From NCBI GenBank assembly GCA_965197905.1, contig CBDAOB010000005.1:1024001-1088000 (forward strand): 64,000 nucleotides of DNA, read 5' to 3'. The notes under the pieces are model-generated. The model had not been told where the DNA came from. It saw nothing but the letters and a program-made list of their open reading frames with translations, and made no database searches. Source of the DNA: Candidatus Latescibacterota bacterium. GTDB taxonomy: Bacteria; Latescibacterota; UBA2968; UBA8231. Positions 50,505 to 60,754 of this stretch are shown here, one piece after another. Numbering within the stretch: position 1 is the first letter of the stretch; every line of letters begins with the position of its first letter. The position numbers and the translations under genes were made by a program.

Positions 50505-52085
50505 ATGGCTAAGAAAGCATCACCCTTCACCGAACCTCAGATACGCTCGTCGCGAATCCGGCGCAACGCCGGCACCTGGAATCCAATCGTCGATACCACC
50601 GACATCTTTTGCGGCAACCGCAGCGTCGATCGTCAGGGGGTCTACGATCTCTACGATGGGGCGATCGGGGTCGAGCTGCGCGTCGAACAGGCAAGCCGTT
50701 CGGAACCGCTGTTGGAAGGAACCGAGCCCTGGGAACAAGGTTCCGTCTCCCCACTATTCATCTGGAAAGCGGAAGACGGGTTCAAGATGCTGTATTCGGC
50801 CAAGTTCGGGACCTGTCTGGCAACCAGCGAGGATGGGTACGAATGGACACGACCGGTGTTGAACGAAGTGGATTACGAAGGTTCTACCGCAAACAATATC
50901 CTCGGCGACGGCATCAAAGGATGTACTGGGGTCTTCATCGACCCCCACGGTCCGCCCGAAGAACGCTTCAAGGCGATGGGTGGGGACATGGAGTGGTACG
51001 ATCCGGCAACCTGCCAACCGCTGGATGGGAACGAGGCGCAAAAACGGTACGATGCTCAGGAGTACCAGGGTGACAGCTATACCGGACCCAAAGCGGAGAT
51101 CTGGGGGCGCATGCTCGGTTGGACCTCGGCGGATGGCTTGCGCTGGACACCGATGCCGGAGATGCTGGGCAACAGGCCGGTGAACGGCGGCATATCCGCG
51201 CGTTGGGACGAAGACACGCAGCAGTACATCTGTTATCAGCAGATCATGGGATTCGCGGCGGAGGCAATAAAGGGGATCGGCAGCGCCAGCATCGAGGAAG
51301 AGACCCAGCTGCGCACCATCGCCTTTGCCTGCACGAAGGATTTCGCCAAATGGCCGGCGCCGAAGCTGATCCTGCGGCCGGATGCTCAGGATCCGTACGA
51401 CATCGACTTCTACGGTGGCAACTACTTTCCGTATCCCGGTCGCACCGATCTGCACGGCATGATCGTGCCGATCTATCACCGGGCCAACGACGGCATGGAT
51501 TCGCAGCTCGCCTTCAGCAGGGACGGCCTGTTCTGGACGCGCCCGGAGCGGCGCGCCGCCCACACCATGGGTGAACCCGGTAGCGGCGACGAGTGCGGGA
51601 CGCATTGTTGGCGCAGTGGACTCCTTGAGCTGCCAGATGGCAAATGGGCGGTGCCGCATACCGGCACCTCGAAGCTCCACAACGTGCGCGACGAGTACGT
51701 CGAGAAGCTGTTACCTCTGCGGCGTCAGGGGCAGATTCGCTACGCCCTGTGGGATCCGCACCGGTTCTGCGGCGTCGAGGCCGAGCTGGAAGGGCGTTTC
51801 ACTATCCCCTCCATTTACCGCAAGGCGAATCAGCTACGGATCAACTATCGCTGCGCACCCGGAGGCTGGATCGCGGTGGAGCTGTTACCCAGGAACCCCG
51901 GTTTGTTTCAGCCCGATCTGGATCCGATCCCGGGATTCTCTTTCGCCGAGTGTGACCGTCAGACCGGAGATCACACCAATCGTGCCGTAACCTGGAATGG
52001 GAACAGCGACATCTCGGAAATAGGCGAATCGGTGGTTATTCGGGTGAAGATGTTCCAGACGAAGCTGTTTGCGTACCGATTGTAG
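50505..52085 (+). CDS. Uncharacterised beta-propeller protein, tandem paralog of 48873..50456
   Basis: Same motifs, including 'LGNRPVNGGISARWDE' and 'NYFPYPGRTDLH'. Confidence 0.75.
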   Translation: MAKKASPFTEPQIRSSRIRRNAGTWNPIVDTTDIFCGNRSVDRQGVYDLYDGAIGVELRVEQASRSEPLLEGTEPWEQGSVSPLFIWKAEDGFKMLYSAKFGTCLATSEDGYEWTRPVLNEVDYEGSTANNILGDGIKGCTGVFIDPHGPPEERFKAMGGDMEWYDPATCQPLDGNEAQKRYDAQEYQGDSYTGPKAEIWGRMLGWTSADGLRWTPMPEMLGNRPVNGGISARWDEDTQQYICYQQIMGFAAEAIKGIGSASIEEETQLRTIAFACTKDFAKWPAPKLILRPDAQDPYDIDFYGGNYFPYPGRTDLHGMIVPIYHRANDGMDSQLAFSRDGLFWTRPERRAAHTMGEPGSGDECGTHCWRSGLLELPDGKWAVPHTGTSKLHNVRDEYVEKLLPLRRQGQIRYALWDPHRFCGVEAELEGRFTIPSIYRKANQLRINYRCAPGGWIAVELLPRNPGLFQPDLDPIPGFSFAECDRQTGDHTNRAVTWNGNSDISEIGESVVIRVKMFQTKLFAYRL

Positions 52086-52302
52086 ACACCGGGGTAAGGC
52101 CCACTAACGCCAAGATACTGCATGTCGGGAGGCTTGATTGATCGGTGCAAGGCTAATTTCGCCCATATTCGCGCTCATATGCGCCGCACATTTGTTAGGG
52201 TGTGACGCGTCTAAGGTTGGACCGCGATCTCCGATCCGGGTGGGTTGGCATCCATAGCCCGGCTACTACCCCGCTGTTCTGGGCGCCTTATATAGGCCAC
52301 AC

Positions 52303-55293
52303 TTGAGCCGTTCTTTGATTTTTCGGGGCAGGTTCTTGCCAGTGGCCCTGGCAGGATGGATAGTGGGGGTGCAAGCCGAGGAACGAGTACTCATACCCGA
52401 GCTAGTGCCTTCGCGTCCCTTCCTGCGGCATGAGCGTCCGATTTACCGCAACTACGCCTTCCGGAACTTTGCCAATTACCCGAACCATTCCTCCCCTTAT
52501 ACTGATCAAGCTCGAGCGTACTACAGCTCAATGGCCAACTACCTCACTACTGGCTATTCGCTTTACGAGTGGAGCGAGACGCGCTTGCCCGGGCAACAGT
52601 ATGGCAGCAGCCTTTCCAAAGACATGCAAGCGGGTGCGGCAGCCTCGGGTCTGTGGATCCCCGTTTTCGACAGCATGGTCATGGGGCGCGACGGCTACGG
52701 TGGTTGGGGTTACAGTGCCATTGTCGGGGACGCGCTGATTGCGCGCTTCACACCATTGACCCTATCGATGGTGGATTTCAACGGCATCCGGATGGATCTG
52801 TCCATGCCGCACCTGCAGCTCACCCTTCTCGGCTCGCGCATTGAGCGGCCCAAGGCTTACCAGGAAACACCTTCCCAGTGGTCTGTCGAGAACACCCATT
52901 ACGCCGATGACAACACCGTACTCTTGGGCAGCAGGGTGCAAACGCAGATAGGCTCCCTGCTCTTGGGCCTGAACGGGGTCAACCTGCACGTGTACAGAAG
53001 CACCCAGCCCGGCAACAGCCTGAAGGGCGTTTTGCGTCCTGACCTGCCCCTGGTTAACTGGCTGATAGTGCGCTTTAAGGATGACTCGCCAACGGATGGC
53101 GCGGGCGGTCCGGTTGTCCAGGACGTTCAGCTTGTTGTCAACGGCACCGCGCGGCCCGATCTGCGACCCAGGGTTATCCGCCACCGGCAGGGCATTCCCA
53201 CCCAGGTGGGGAGCGTCTCCAGGGCGACGGGCGAATTCCGGCCGATCACCTATTACAGCTTCTCGGGTCGATACCAGAGCCAGCCGCTCTACTACCGCGG
53301 GCGGGACGAGGCCCCGAAATATGCGGACTATCTCTACCGCTTTGACTACGAGGAAGGCGACGAGGCAGTGCGCCAGGAGGTAGCCGACAACACCAATCTC
53401 CCGGGTCTGCTCGCCGATTACCTGGTGGAATCTCCGGACGAGATTCTGCACGCGGACGGGGACGAGCTCCTGATCTATATGTTTGAACTGACGTCGGAGC
53501 CTCACCTAGAATCGGTGGAGGTGGAGGCTCTTGTGGGCAATGATTACCGCGCGGAAGTGAGCTTTCTGACTGGTCAAAACGAGCGCGCCCGAGACTATCC
53601 TTCGATGTTCAGAACCACGTTCTACCAGACGGCGCTGCGGGCCGAGGGCAATGTTCAGGATCTGTCGAACCTGAAGCGGGTGCGCTTTTCGGTAGGGGAG
53701 CACACCGCCCTGTTCACCTACAGCGCCGATATGCATCTTGGCGTGGCCGGGCTTGAGATCAACGGCGAATACGCGCGCTCTGCACGTTATTCGCGCTATC
53801 CGGCGCAGCTGGACGGGGAGCCCATCTTCGATCAGGCAAGTCGATCGGTGGAGCACGGCTCGGCCTATTTCCTCAATGCTACCCGCTGGTTTGGACCGGC
53901 ACGAGCGGGCGGAGAGTACTTCTCCATGAATCCCGACTTCCAAACCGGGATGCGCAACTTTGTGGACATGGAGTCCGGATTGTGGGAAACCAACCTGGCG
54001 TCGATGGCCAACACCACCGTCTACTGGGACCTGGTGGAGGACAACGAAGACGGGGATCGCTATCCGGATTTCCGCATCGGAAATCTCTTGGGGATGCCCT
54101 TTGATAGTCAACACTACGATCCCGATGGGGTTTTCCCGGGGCAGGATGACGATGTTGATGGCTTTCCGGACACAAACCGTAATGGCAATACGACTCCCGA
54201 CTACGAAGAGCCGTTCCTCATGTACTACGTAGAACCGATCGACTACGTATATGGGCTCGACCGCAACAACAATGACCAACCGGATGTGCGCGAAGACGAT
54301 CTGGATTTCGACTACCCCTACGACCTCGACCAGCGCGGTTATCATCTCTTCGGGCTGATGGATTTGACCAGACACTGGTCGGTGGGTGTGGGGCGCTACG
54401 CGATCGAGCAGGTCGTGGGCGCCGGACGCAACAAATCTGTGTACGCGCAACTGAGCTACCGCCGGGAGGGGGTCGCCCGCCTCCGCCGGCTGTTCTTCGA
54501 GAACCACTTTCGCCGGGTAAAGGACGATATTGCGGACGAAGCCAGGCTAGTGGATGAGAACCCGAGACGGGACCGTCGGTTGGGCTACCGAGGTCCGGAA
54601 CCGGTGGCCACAGGGGAGATAGGTCCACCCATCTTTGGCAGCAGCTTGCGGCAGGATCCGCTGCTCTACCAGGACAGCTACGTGGGGGAATCTTATCTGG
54701 AAGCACGACTGCGGCCCTGGTCTACCCTACGTTTGGCACAGCAGCTGCGCTTGCGGCTCAACTGGCAGCAGAAGGGGCAGTTGCCAAGCGGTCTCGAGCA
54801 GCGTCAGCGGCGGATGGACTTCTGGACGGTGGTCAGTCAGGCGGAATTCACCTGGTACTGGGGGAAGCTGAGTCTGACGCCGCAAGTCAAGTTCATGCAC
54901 TTGCGTCTGGTGGACCAGCAAGCCGACCGGCTGGCCAACGGAGATTACACCAGCCGGGACCTGACGTCCGAGTTCCGGACGATTCCGATCCTGCGCTTAG
55001 AGTATCCGCTGATGAGCCGAACGATGCTCCAAGCGGGGTTACAGGGGTTGGGGCCGTTGCCGTACAAGGTTGAGGACCGCGTCCGCAGTCGCAACAGCTT
55101 TGAGCAGCACACCGCATTCTTTACACTGACCAACCGCAAGCGGTATTTTGGCTACGATCTCTACACCGCTATCGGGGTAACCAAAGACAAGAAGGAATTC
55201 GACGATCCCTTCCGGCAGGCCGATGAGTTTGATGTCTGGTCGTTTTTTATCCGGACGTTGATTGGCTTCACCGAGTACGGTCGCTTGATCTGA
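52303..55293 (+). CDS. Large exported hypothetical protein, probable outer-membrane barrel with Asp-rich Ca-binding loops
   Basis: 996-aa ORF; signal-like N-terminus; alternating aromatic beta-strands; DNEDGDRYPD, DDDVDGFPDTNRNGN and DRNNNDQPD motifs. Confidence 0.7.
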   Translation: MSRSLIFRGRFLPVALAGWIVGVQAEERVLIPELVPSRPFLRHERPIYRNYAFRNFANYPNHSSPYTDQARAYYSSMANYLTTGYSLYEWSETRLPGQQYGSSLSKDMQAGAAASGLWIPVFDSMVMGRDGYGGWGYSAIVGDALIARFTPLTLSMVDFNGIRMDLSMPHLQLTLLGSRIERPKAYQETPSQWSVENTHYADDNTVLLGSRVQTQIGSLLLGLNGVNLHVYRSTQPGNSLKGVLRPDLPLVNWLIVRFKDDSPTDGAGGPVVQDVQLVVNGTARPDLRPRVIRHRQGIPTQVGSVSRATGEFRPITYYSFSGRYQSQPLYYRGRDEAPKYADYLYRFDYEEGDEAVRQEVADNTNLPGLLADYLVESPDEILHADGDELLIYMFELTSEPHLESVEVEALVGNDYRAEVSFLTGQNERARDYPSMFRTTFYQTALRAEGNVQDLSNLKRVRFSVGEHTALFTYSADMHLGVAGLEINGEYARSARYSRYPAQLDGEPIFDQASRSVEHGSAYFLNATRWFGPARAGGEYFSMNPDFQTGMRNFVDMESGLWETNLASMANTTVYWDLVEDNEDGDRYPDFRIGNLLGMPFDSQHYDPDGVFPGQDDDVDGFPDTNRNGNTTPDYEEPFLMYYVEPIDYVYGLDRNNNDQPDVREDDLDFDYPYDLDQRGYHLFGLMDLTRHWSVGVGRYAIEQVVGAGRNKSVYAQLSYRREGVARLRRLFFENHFRRVKDDIADEARLVDENPRRDRRLGYRGPEPVATGEIGPPIFGSSLRQDPLLYQDSYVGESYLEARLRPWSTLRLAQQLRLRLNWQQKGQLPSGLEQRQRRMDFWTVVSQAEFTWYWGKLSLTPQVKFMHLRLVDQQADRLANGDYTSRDLTSEFRTIPILRLEYPLMSRTMLQAGLQGLGPLPYKVEDRVRSRNSFEQHTAFFTLTNRKRYFGYDLYTAIGVTKDKKEFDDPFRQADEFDVWSFFIRTLIGFTEYGRLI

Positions 55294-55330
55294 CCCAGCA
55301 GATCAAAAATATCTTGCCTGTTTGCGCCAG

Positions 55331-55445
55331 CCCGGGCAGCGTACTGAACCTGACCAGATCGCGGCCGTTGTCCTGTTTCTCTGTTCCCCCGGGCGGGCTG
55401 CATCAACGCCGCGAATCTCGTCGCAGACGGTGCTCTTTCTCTGAG
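55331..55445 (+). pseudogene. C-terminal remnant of an SDR gene
   Basis: Translates, with one frameshift, to 'EPDQIAAVVLFLCSP..AGCINAANLVADG', the typical SDR C-terminus. Confidence 0.55.
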
Positions 55446-55519
55446 CAATTGGACCCTATGGATCGATCCTGAAGTGCTGTTAGGCTTCGACGACGACATC
55501 AAACACTATTCAGGTACTC

Positions 55520-56242
55520 GTGACGAAATATTCGGCTTCTTTCAATGAGAACGGCTATTGCGTGGCCAGGGGGCTTTTCCCGCCACCCGAGATGGCTGCG
55601 CTAGAAGAAGAATTCGACCGCATTGTGCTACAGTGTGGCCCGGTGAACGAAAGCGGGATCGTAAGCACGAAAAACGTTCACCAATATTCTGGCCTCTGGA
55701 TGTCGCTGATTCTCGACCGCCGGCTACTGGATATCGTGGAGCAACTGATCGGCCCCGACGTCGTGCTCAACCATACGACCCTGTTTCAAAAGGAACGCAC
55801 GGACGCGGTAGGGCCTTTTCGCATGCACCAGGATTGGAGCTATCTATCGACCTTGAACGACACCATGATCGGGGCCATGATTCACGTCAGCGAGGCGACC
55901 GAGGAGATGGGCTGTCTGAGGGTTTATCCCGGTTCGCACAAGCGCGGTCGCATGGAGGACTCGTCAGCGGGAGATGAGTCGTTCCACGAGAAATTTCCGT
56001 TCGAGAACGTGACGGCGATTGCGTGCCAACCTGGGGATGTGGTTTTCTTTCACTACTTTACCGTGCATGGTTCCGTTTCGAATCAATCGGACAAGCCTCG
56101 CAAGGTAGTGTTCGTGCGGATGTTCTCCGGGAAGGACCGCAAGGAAGACATCTACAGATTCGCTGAGAATCTGGTGTTGCGGGGTTGGAACCACCATGCA
56201 TCGCCGGCTACGACGATGCGGGGGGTGCCGAAACCCCAGTAG
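55520..56242 (+). CDS. PhyH family dioxygenase
   Basis: 'FNENGY', 'MHQDW', 'GCLRVYPGSH', 'VHGS'. Confidence 0.9.
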   Translation: MTKYSASFNENGYCVARGLFPPPEMAALEEEFDRIVLQCGPVNESGIVSTKNVHQYSGLWMSLILDRRLLDIVEQLIGPDVVLNHTTLFQKERTDAVGPFRMHQDWSYLSTLNDTMIGAMIHVSEATEEMGCLRVYPGSHKRGRMEDSSAGDESFHEKFPFENVTAIACQPGDVVFFHYFTVHGSVSNQSDKPRKVVFVRMFSGKDRKEDIYRFAENLVLRGWNHHASPATTMRGVPKPQ

Positions 56243-56338
56243 GCGGCGCAAGGTTCGCTGTCCGCCCAATGAAACTAGCGTTGGCGGATTCGTTGAGACT
56301 CTGGCGCCACCCGACAGTCGCTGCCCGCGAGTGCCGGC

Positions 56339-57674
56339 TTACCCGAGGTCCAGCGGATCATCCAGTCGGGACTGCCAAGCGGCCAGGTTGGCGCGGAGCG
56401 CGGCGATGCGGTCGGCGTGGGCGGGGTCGCCCGAAAGATCGTTCAGTTCGGCGGGGTCCGCGTCCAGGTCGAACAGCTGCGTCCGGCGCGCGCCTTCGAC
56501 GAGGTATTCGATGAGCTTGAAGCGCTCATCTTTGACCGTGCGCATGTAGTCACCATAGGCGCAGTAGATCGAATCGCGGTGGGTGTCTGCGCCGCCGGTG
56601 AGCACGGGGACCAAGCTTCGGAACTCATTCTGCGCGGGAATGTCCGCGCCGGCCGCTTCCAGAAGCGTGGGAAAGAGATCGTGTTGGTAGCAGAGCGCAT
56701 CCGTCCGACGACCCGCCTGGATGCCCGGTCCACGGACGATCAGCGGCATGCGGATGCTGTGGTCGTAAACGTTCTGCTTGCCGAGCAGGCCGTGCTGGCC
56801 TACGCCCAGGCCGTGGTCGCCCGTGTGGATCACGATGGTGTTATCGGCGCGGCCGGACTTTTCGAGCGCATCGTGAATGCGGCCGATGCATTCGTCCATG
56901 TGGGTGACCATGCCGTAGTAGTCGGCGATGTGCTGGCGCACTTCGAATTCGGTACGGGGGTGCGCGGCGAGGTCTTCGTCGCGACCAGACCGCATGCCGT
57001 TGTCGAACGGGTGCTCGGTCATGAAATTCGGCGGCAGCGGCACGGAATCGGGATCGTAGGTGTAGCCCTCAGGAGGCGTGCGCGGATCGTGCGGCGCAGT
57101 GAAGGCCACATAAAGAAAAAAAGGCGCGTCGCCTTCATATTCGTTCAAAAAGCCGGCGCCGGCGCCGGCGAACATATCCGACGAGAACGCTTCGCCGATA
57201 TACATCTTGTCTTTGGGGTACACGCCCTCCGGATCGAAGTCGTAGGTGGGGACCGAGTCATGGCTGCTCATGCCGCCGAAGAAAATTTTGCCGGCGGAAT
57301 CAAAGCTGCGCACGTGCGACGCGCGTTGGTTGTGCCATTTCCCCGTGGCAAAGGTCCGGTAGCCGGCGCCTTGCAGAATCTGGCCGAGAGTCTGGTGCGG
57401 CTGATCGGTGGCCGTGCTGACGTCGCCCGGTGCGGCCCGGCGGCTTCCATATGATTCGTCGTATGGAAGAGCGTGGTGCCGGTATGCAGCATCGCACGGC
57501 TTGGCACGCAGACAGCGCCCTGAAGCGAACCAGATGATGCGCTCGCGTGAACGCGGTGCCCTGATCGCAGAGCCGGTCCAGGTGCGGAGTGCGGACGTTG
57601 GGATCACCGAGGCATCCGACCATGTCGTGGCGTTGGTCGTCTGCGAACGTGATCAAAATATTCGGGCGTGCCAT
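56339..57674 (-). CDS. Cys-type sulfatase (no signal peptide); two -1 frameshifts (~57530 and ~57435)
   Basis: 'RPNILITFADDQR', then 'GAVCVPSRAMLHTG' in a second frame, then 'GKWH', 'APHDP', 'GDHG' and 'GKQNVY' in a third frame. Confidence 0.85.
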
Positions 57675-57863
57675 GGAGCAGGCCTCCGGGTTCAGCCGAT
57701 TTTGGCGAGCACGGCCTTCATCTGTTCCAGGACCGCGCAGGGACGTTTCAGCTAGCCCACGGTACTGTCGGGCTTGCAGACGTGGTGGCAGTCCGATCCT
57801 CTGGAGACGCACAGGCTGTCTGCACAGTATGGGCGTGCCCTCGCGGGCGCCAACGCGCCAACA

Positions 57864-58661
57864 TCATCGCTCCGTCGGAAAGTGCTGCGCCGCGTGCTCC
57901 GCCATATCCTCCGTCCACTGGCTGTAGAACTCTCGAGTTGCCGCGTCGGGATGTCGCGCCAGACGTTCCGGCACCAACATCCAGTAGGTCAGAGGCGGGT
58001 TTGTCACATGGCTGTAGTAGGTATGCTGGGTACGGCGGCCGTGGGTGCAGGCGTCAACGCCGGTAACGCGGGCGTGGAAGATATCGATGTTGTAAAGGAT
58101 GCCGGTTCCCGCCTTGCCTCGAATGGGTACCTCCCGGTAGTTCGTCATCTGAGCGCGCGCCTCTTCCTTGGTTTGATAGCGGTGGCTGTCGGGCATCACG
58201 CAGAAGCAGGGGCAACAGTCGTGGACGTCCCACAGATAGTAAATGGCGCAAAGATAGGCGCATTCAAACGGAATTTCTTTACGGCGGTTCAGCGCAACCT
58301 TACGCCGATCTCGATGGAAATCCATGGCGCAGTCGCCGGCGTTCTCCGGGAGCGCCTCGCGGAAATCAAACTGAGCGAACCGAACGCCCTTCCCCAAGAT
58401 CGCCTCCACTAGCGGATAGGAACGAGGCGGTTGCACATGGCGATCCAGTTCCGGATGCTCCACCAGGATCTGGCCATGGCCGTGCATCTCGCCACCGATT
58501 CCCCATTTTCCGGGAATCTCGCGTTGGGAACGGTCGACAAATGCGTTGAGGGTGCTCACCTCCTCTTCGCTGAGGGCGTCTTCAATAACGACGTAGTTGT
58601 TCTCCTTGAAGAACTGCAGGATGTCGTCGTGCTGGTGGTGAAGAAAAGTGGAGGCTTCCAA
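57864..58661 (-). CDS. PhyH family dioxygenase
   Basis: 'FFKENNYVVIEDALS', 'FHRD', 'VMPDSH', 'FHAR'. TTG start after AAGGAG is inferred (ORF track start is 58688). Confidence 0.8.
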   Translation of the reverse strand: MEASTFLHHQHDDILQFFKENNYVVIEDALSEEEVSTLNAFVDRSQREIPGKWGIGGEMHGHGQILVEHPELDRHVQPPRSYPLVEAILGKGVRFAQFDFREALPENAGDCAMDFHRDRRKVALNRRKEIPFECAYLCAIYYLWDVHDCCPCFCVMPDSHRYQTKEEARAQMTNYREVPIRGKAGTGILYNIDIFHARVTGVDACTHGRRTQHTYYSHVTNPPLTYWMLVPERLARHPDAATREFYSQWTEDMAEHAAQHFPTER

Positions 58662-58722
58662 AGAGTGCCGCTCCTTCAAAAGGTTCAAGGTTCGTTTATG
58701 CGGACTATACGTACTGGCACCA

Positions 58723-58877
58723 TCAGACCCCGTCCCAGCGCATGGTTTGCAGCGGAAAGATATAGCCCTTCTCGTTAAACTGTTTTACCTGGGCCGGCGT
58801 CAATGTTTTGGGCGACTCACCCGCCGGAAAAAACGCAACTCCCGTTCCATATCCGGCAGGGCATCCGTCAATGCCAT
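58723..58877 (-). pseudogene. N-terminal remnant of another PhyH-like gene
   Basis: RBS GGAGAAGGA plus ATG. With one T added to the T6 run it reads 'MALTDALPDMERELRFFPAGESPKTLTPAQVKQFNEKGYIFPL', then stops. Confidence 0.6.
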
Positions 58878-59021
58878 ATCCTTCTCCCAATCTACTTATC
58901 TAAAGCATGGTCATAATTTAGTTATATTTTTTCGCAGTGGCGGAGAGTGTGCAGTGGCGTTCGCTGGCGCCGATTCTACGGGCTTCGCCTTGATGGCCGT
59001 CCTATCTACCATCCCGTTGTA

Positions 59022-59327
59022 TCACTTCAAGGATTGAACTTCTGAATGCGCTGCAAAGGTGGTCAGATCCACCTCGCGGATCACCGCCAACGTATCGACG
59101 GTGACCAGACCCTGTACCTGGCGCAGAACCCAATACTCGGCGAACGGTTGTTTGCCGTCGTAGGGAGTCCAGTCGACAACAGCCGTCCCGGTCCCCGGGT
59201 CCAGTGACACCGTCACCGCCACGGCGGGTGTCAGCTTAGGATCGAACGGGTTTTTGCGCGGCGTGTCATGGCATCCGACAACCGCCAAAGAGAAGGCCCC
59301 TATCAACGTCTGTATTATTCGATTCAT
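59022..59327 (-). CDS. Short (possibly truncated) lipoprotein
   Basis: Lipobox 'LAVVG-C', then 'HDTPRKNPFDP' and what looks like an incomplete FN3-like domain. Confidence 0.55.
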   Translation of the reverse strand: MNRIIQTLIGAFSLAVVGCHDTPRKNPFDPKLTPAVAVTVSLDPGTGTAVVDWTPYDGKQPFAEYWVLRQVQGLVTVDTLAVIREVDLTTFAAHSEVQSLK

Positions 59328-59652
59328 AACAGAATTCCTGGATTGACAGATCTGAATAATACCATGCAAAGTGGGGGCCAACAACAAAAAAGCGTCCAGA
59401 GGAGCACGCTAAGCGCTTGAAGCGAAGTCAGTTACGGAGTTGAAAGAGAGTTATTAGCAGCGGGGAATTGCCATTGAGATAGTCCGCGATACCGGACTGC
59501 GGTCCTGCATCCCGTACTAGGGCTACTTGGAGACGGGGAATTTGGCCTTGATATGGGCTGGCTTATCAACAGGCTGGGCCACTCTGTCCGGCTGGCATTA
59601 AGCTCATGCTGGACCTTCGCCTATTGCCCCGTATCTTTTCAGGCAAAGGGAG

Positions 59653-60684
59653 ATGCATACCATGAAAGGTGTCGTGCTTTTGGGCGAGCGCAGATGTGAA
59701 GTCCGCGAGTTCCCCGATCCAGTTCCTGGTCCCGGACAAGTGAGAGTGAAGATGATGGCCACGGGTATCTGCGGTAGTGATATGAGGGCTTATCCCATCA
59801 CCAGGGAGCAGGCCAGGGAGAGGGGCAGCAGGATCCCAGGCCACGAACCGTGCGGAATTGCGGACCTCGTGGGCAGTGGCGTAAGAGACATCAAAGAAGG
59901 CGATAGGGTGACAGTGTACCATTATCTGGGGTGCGGCCGTTGCGCGGATTGCGCTGCGGGAGATCTGATGTGGTGCAGCCAGACCAGAGCCTACGGGGCG
60001 CATGTACAGGGGTCGCACGCCGATTTTATTATTGCTGACGAACGCAACTGTGTTCCGCTGCCAGACTCTCTCAGTTTCATCGATGGCGCGTTCATCGCCT
60101 GTCCTGGGGGAACTGCGTATTCCTCGATGCAGAAGCTCGAAGTCAAAGCGGGCGAAACAGTGGTGGTGTTCGGATTGGGTCCTGTTGGACTGAGCGGGGT
60201 TTTGCTGGCGAAGGCAAAGGGCTGCAGAGTAGTGGGCGTCGATATCGTCGATGATCGCGTGGCTCTGGCGAAACACGTAGGAGCCGATGCAGCGGTCAAC
60301 GCCCGCCGCGAGGACCCGGTCGAAGCCATAGGCGATTTCACCGGCGGAAAGGGAGCGACAGCAGCGTTCGAAGCGTCGGGAAGTTTCGAGGCTCGTGACA
60401 ATATCGGCGCCTGTCTTGGCCGCAGAGGCAGAGGTGTGCTCGTCGGTTCCGGCAGCGCGCACAGATTCTTGGATCCAAATCAGTTGAAAAGCAAACAGTT
60501 GACGTTGATGGGTTCGTTTGTGCTTCCCCTGTGGATGACCTGGGAGATGATAGACTTCCTCGACGGGCAACGGCTCTCTTTCGAAAGCGCCGTAACCCAT
60601 CGCTTTCCCCTGGAAAAGGCGGCCGTGGCCTACGAGACGTTTGCAGGAGGCAGGAGCGGAAAAGTCATATTCGAATCCCAGTGA
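59653..60684 (+). CDS. Zn-dependent medium-chain dehydrogenase
   Basis: 'GICGSD', 'GHEPCG', CxxCxxC..C, 'GLGPVG'. Confidence 0.92.
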   Translation: MHTMKGVVLLGERRCEVREFPDPVPGPGQVRVKMMATGICGSDMRAYPITREQARERGSRIPGHEPCGIADLVGSGVRDIKEGDRVTVYHYLGCGRCADCAAGDLMWCSQTRAYGAHVQGSHADFIIADERNCVPLPDSLSFIDGAFIACPGGTAYSSMQKLEVKAGETVVVFGLGPVGLSGVLLAKAKGCRVVGVDIVDDRVALAKHVGADAAVNARREDPVEAIGDFTGGKGATAAFEASGSFEARDNIGACLGRRGRGVLVGSGSAHRFLDPNQLKSKQLTLMGSFVLPLWMTWEMIDFLDGQRLSFESAVTHRFPLEKAAVAYETFAGGRSGKVIFESQ

Positions 60685-60754
60685 AAGGTCCGATGCTGCG
60701 GTTGGCACCCGATTGATGAATGCCATGACATGAAAGGGCAAGACGCTCTTGGAT

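Noticed and set aside
58934..58959. 9-bp direct repeat gcagtggcg
   Set aside because: Too short to distinguish from chance in GC-rich sequence.
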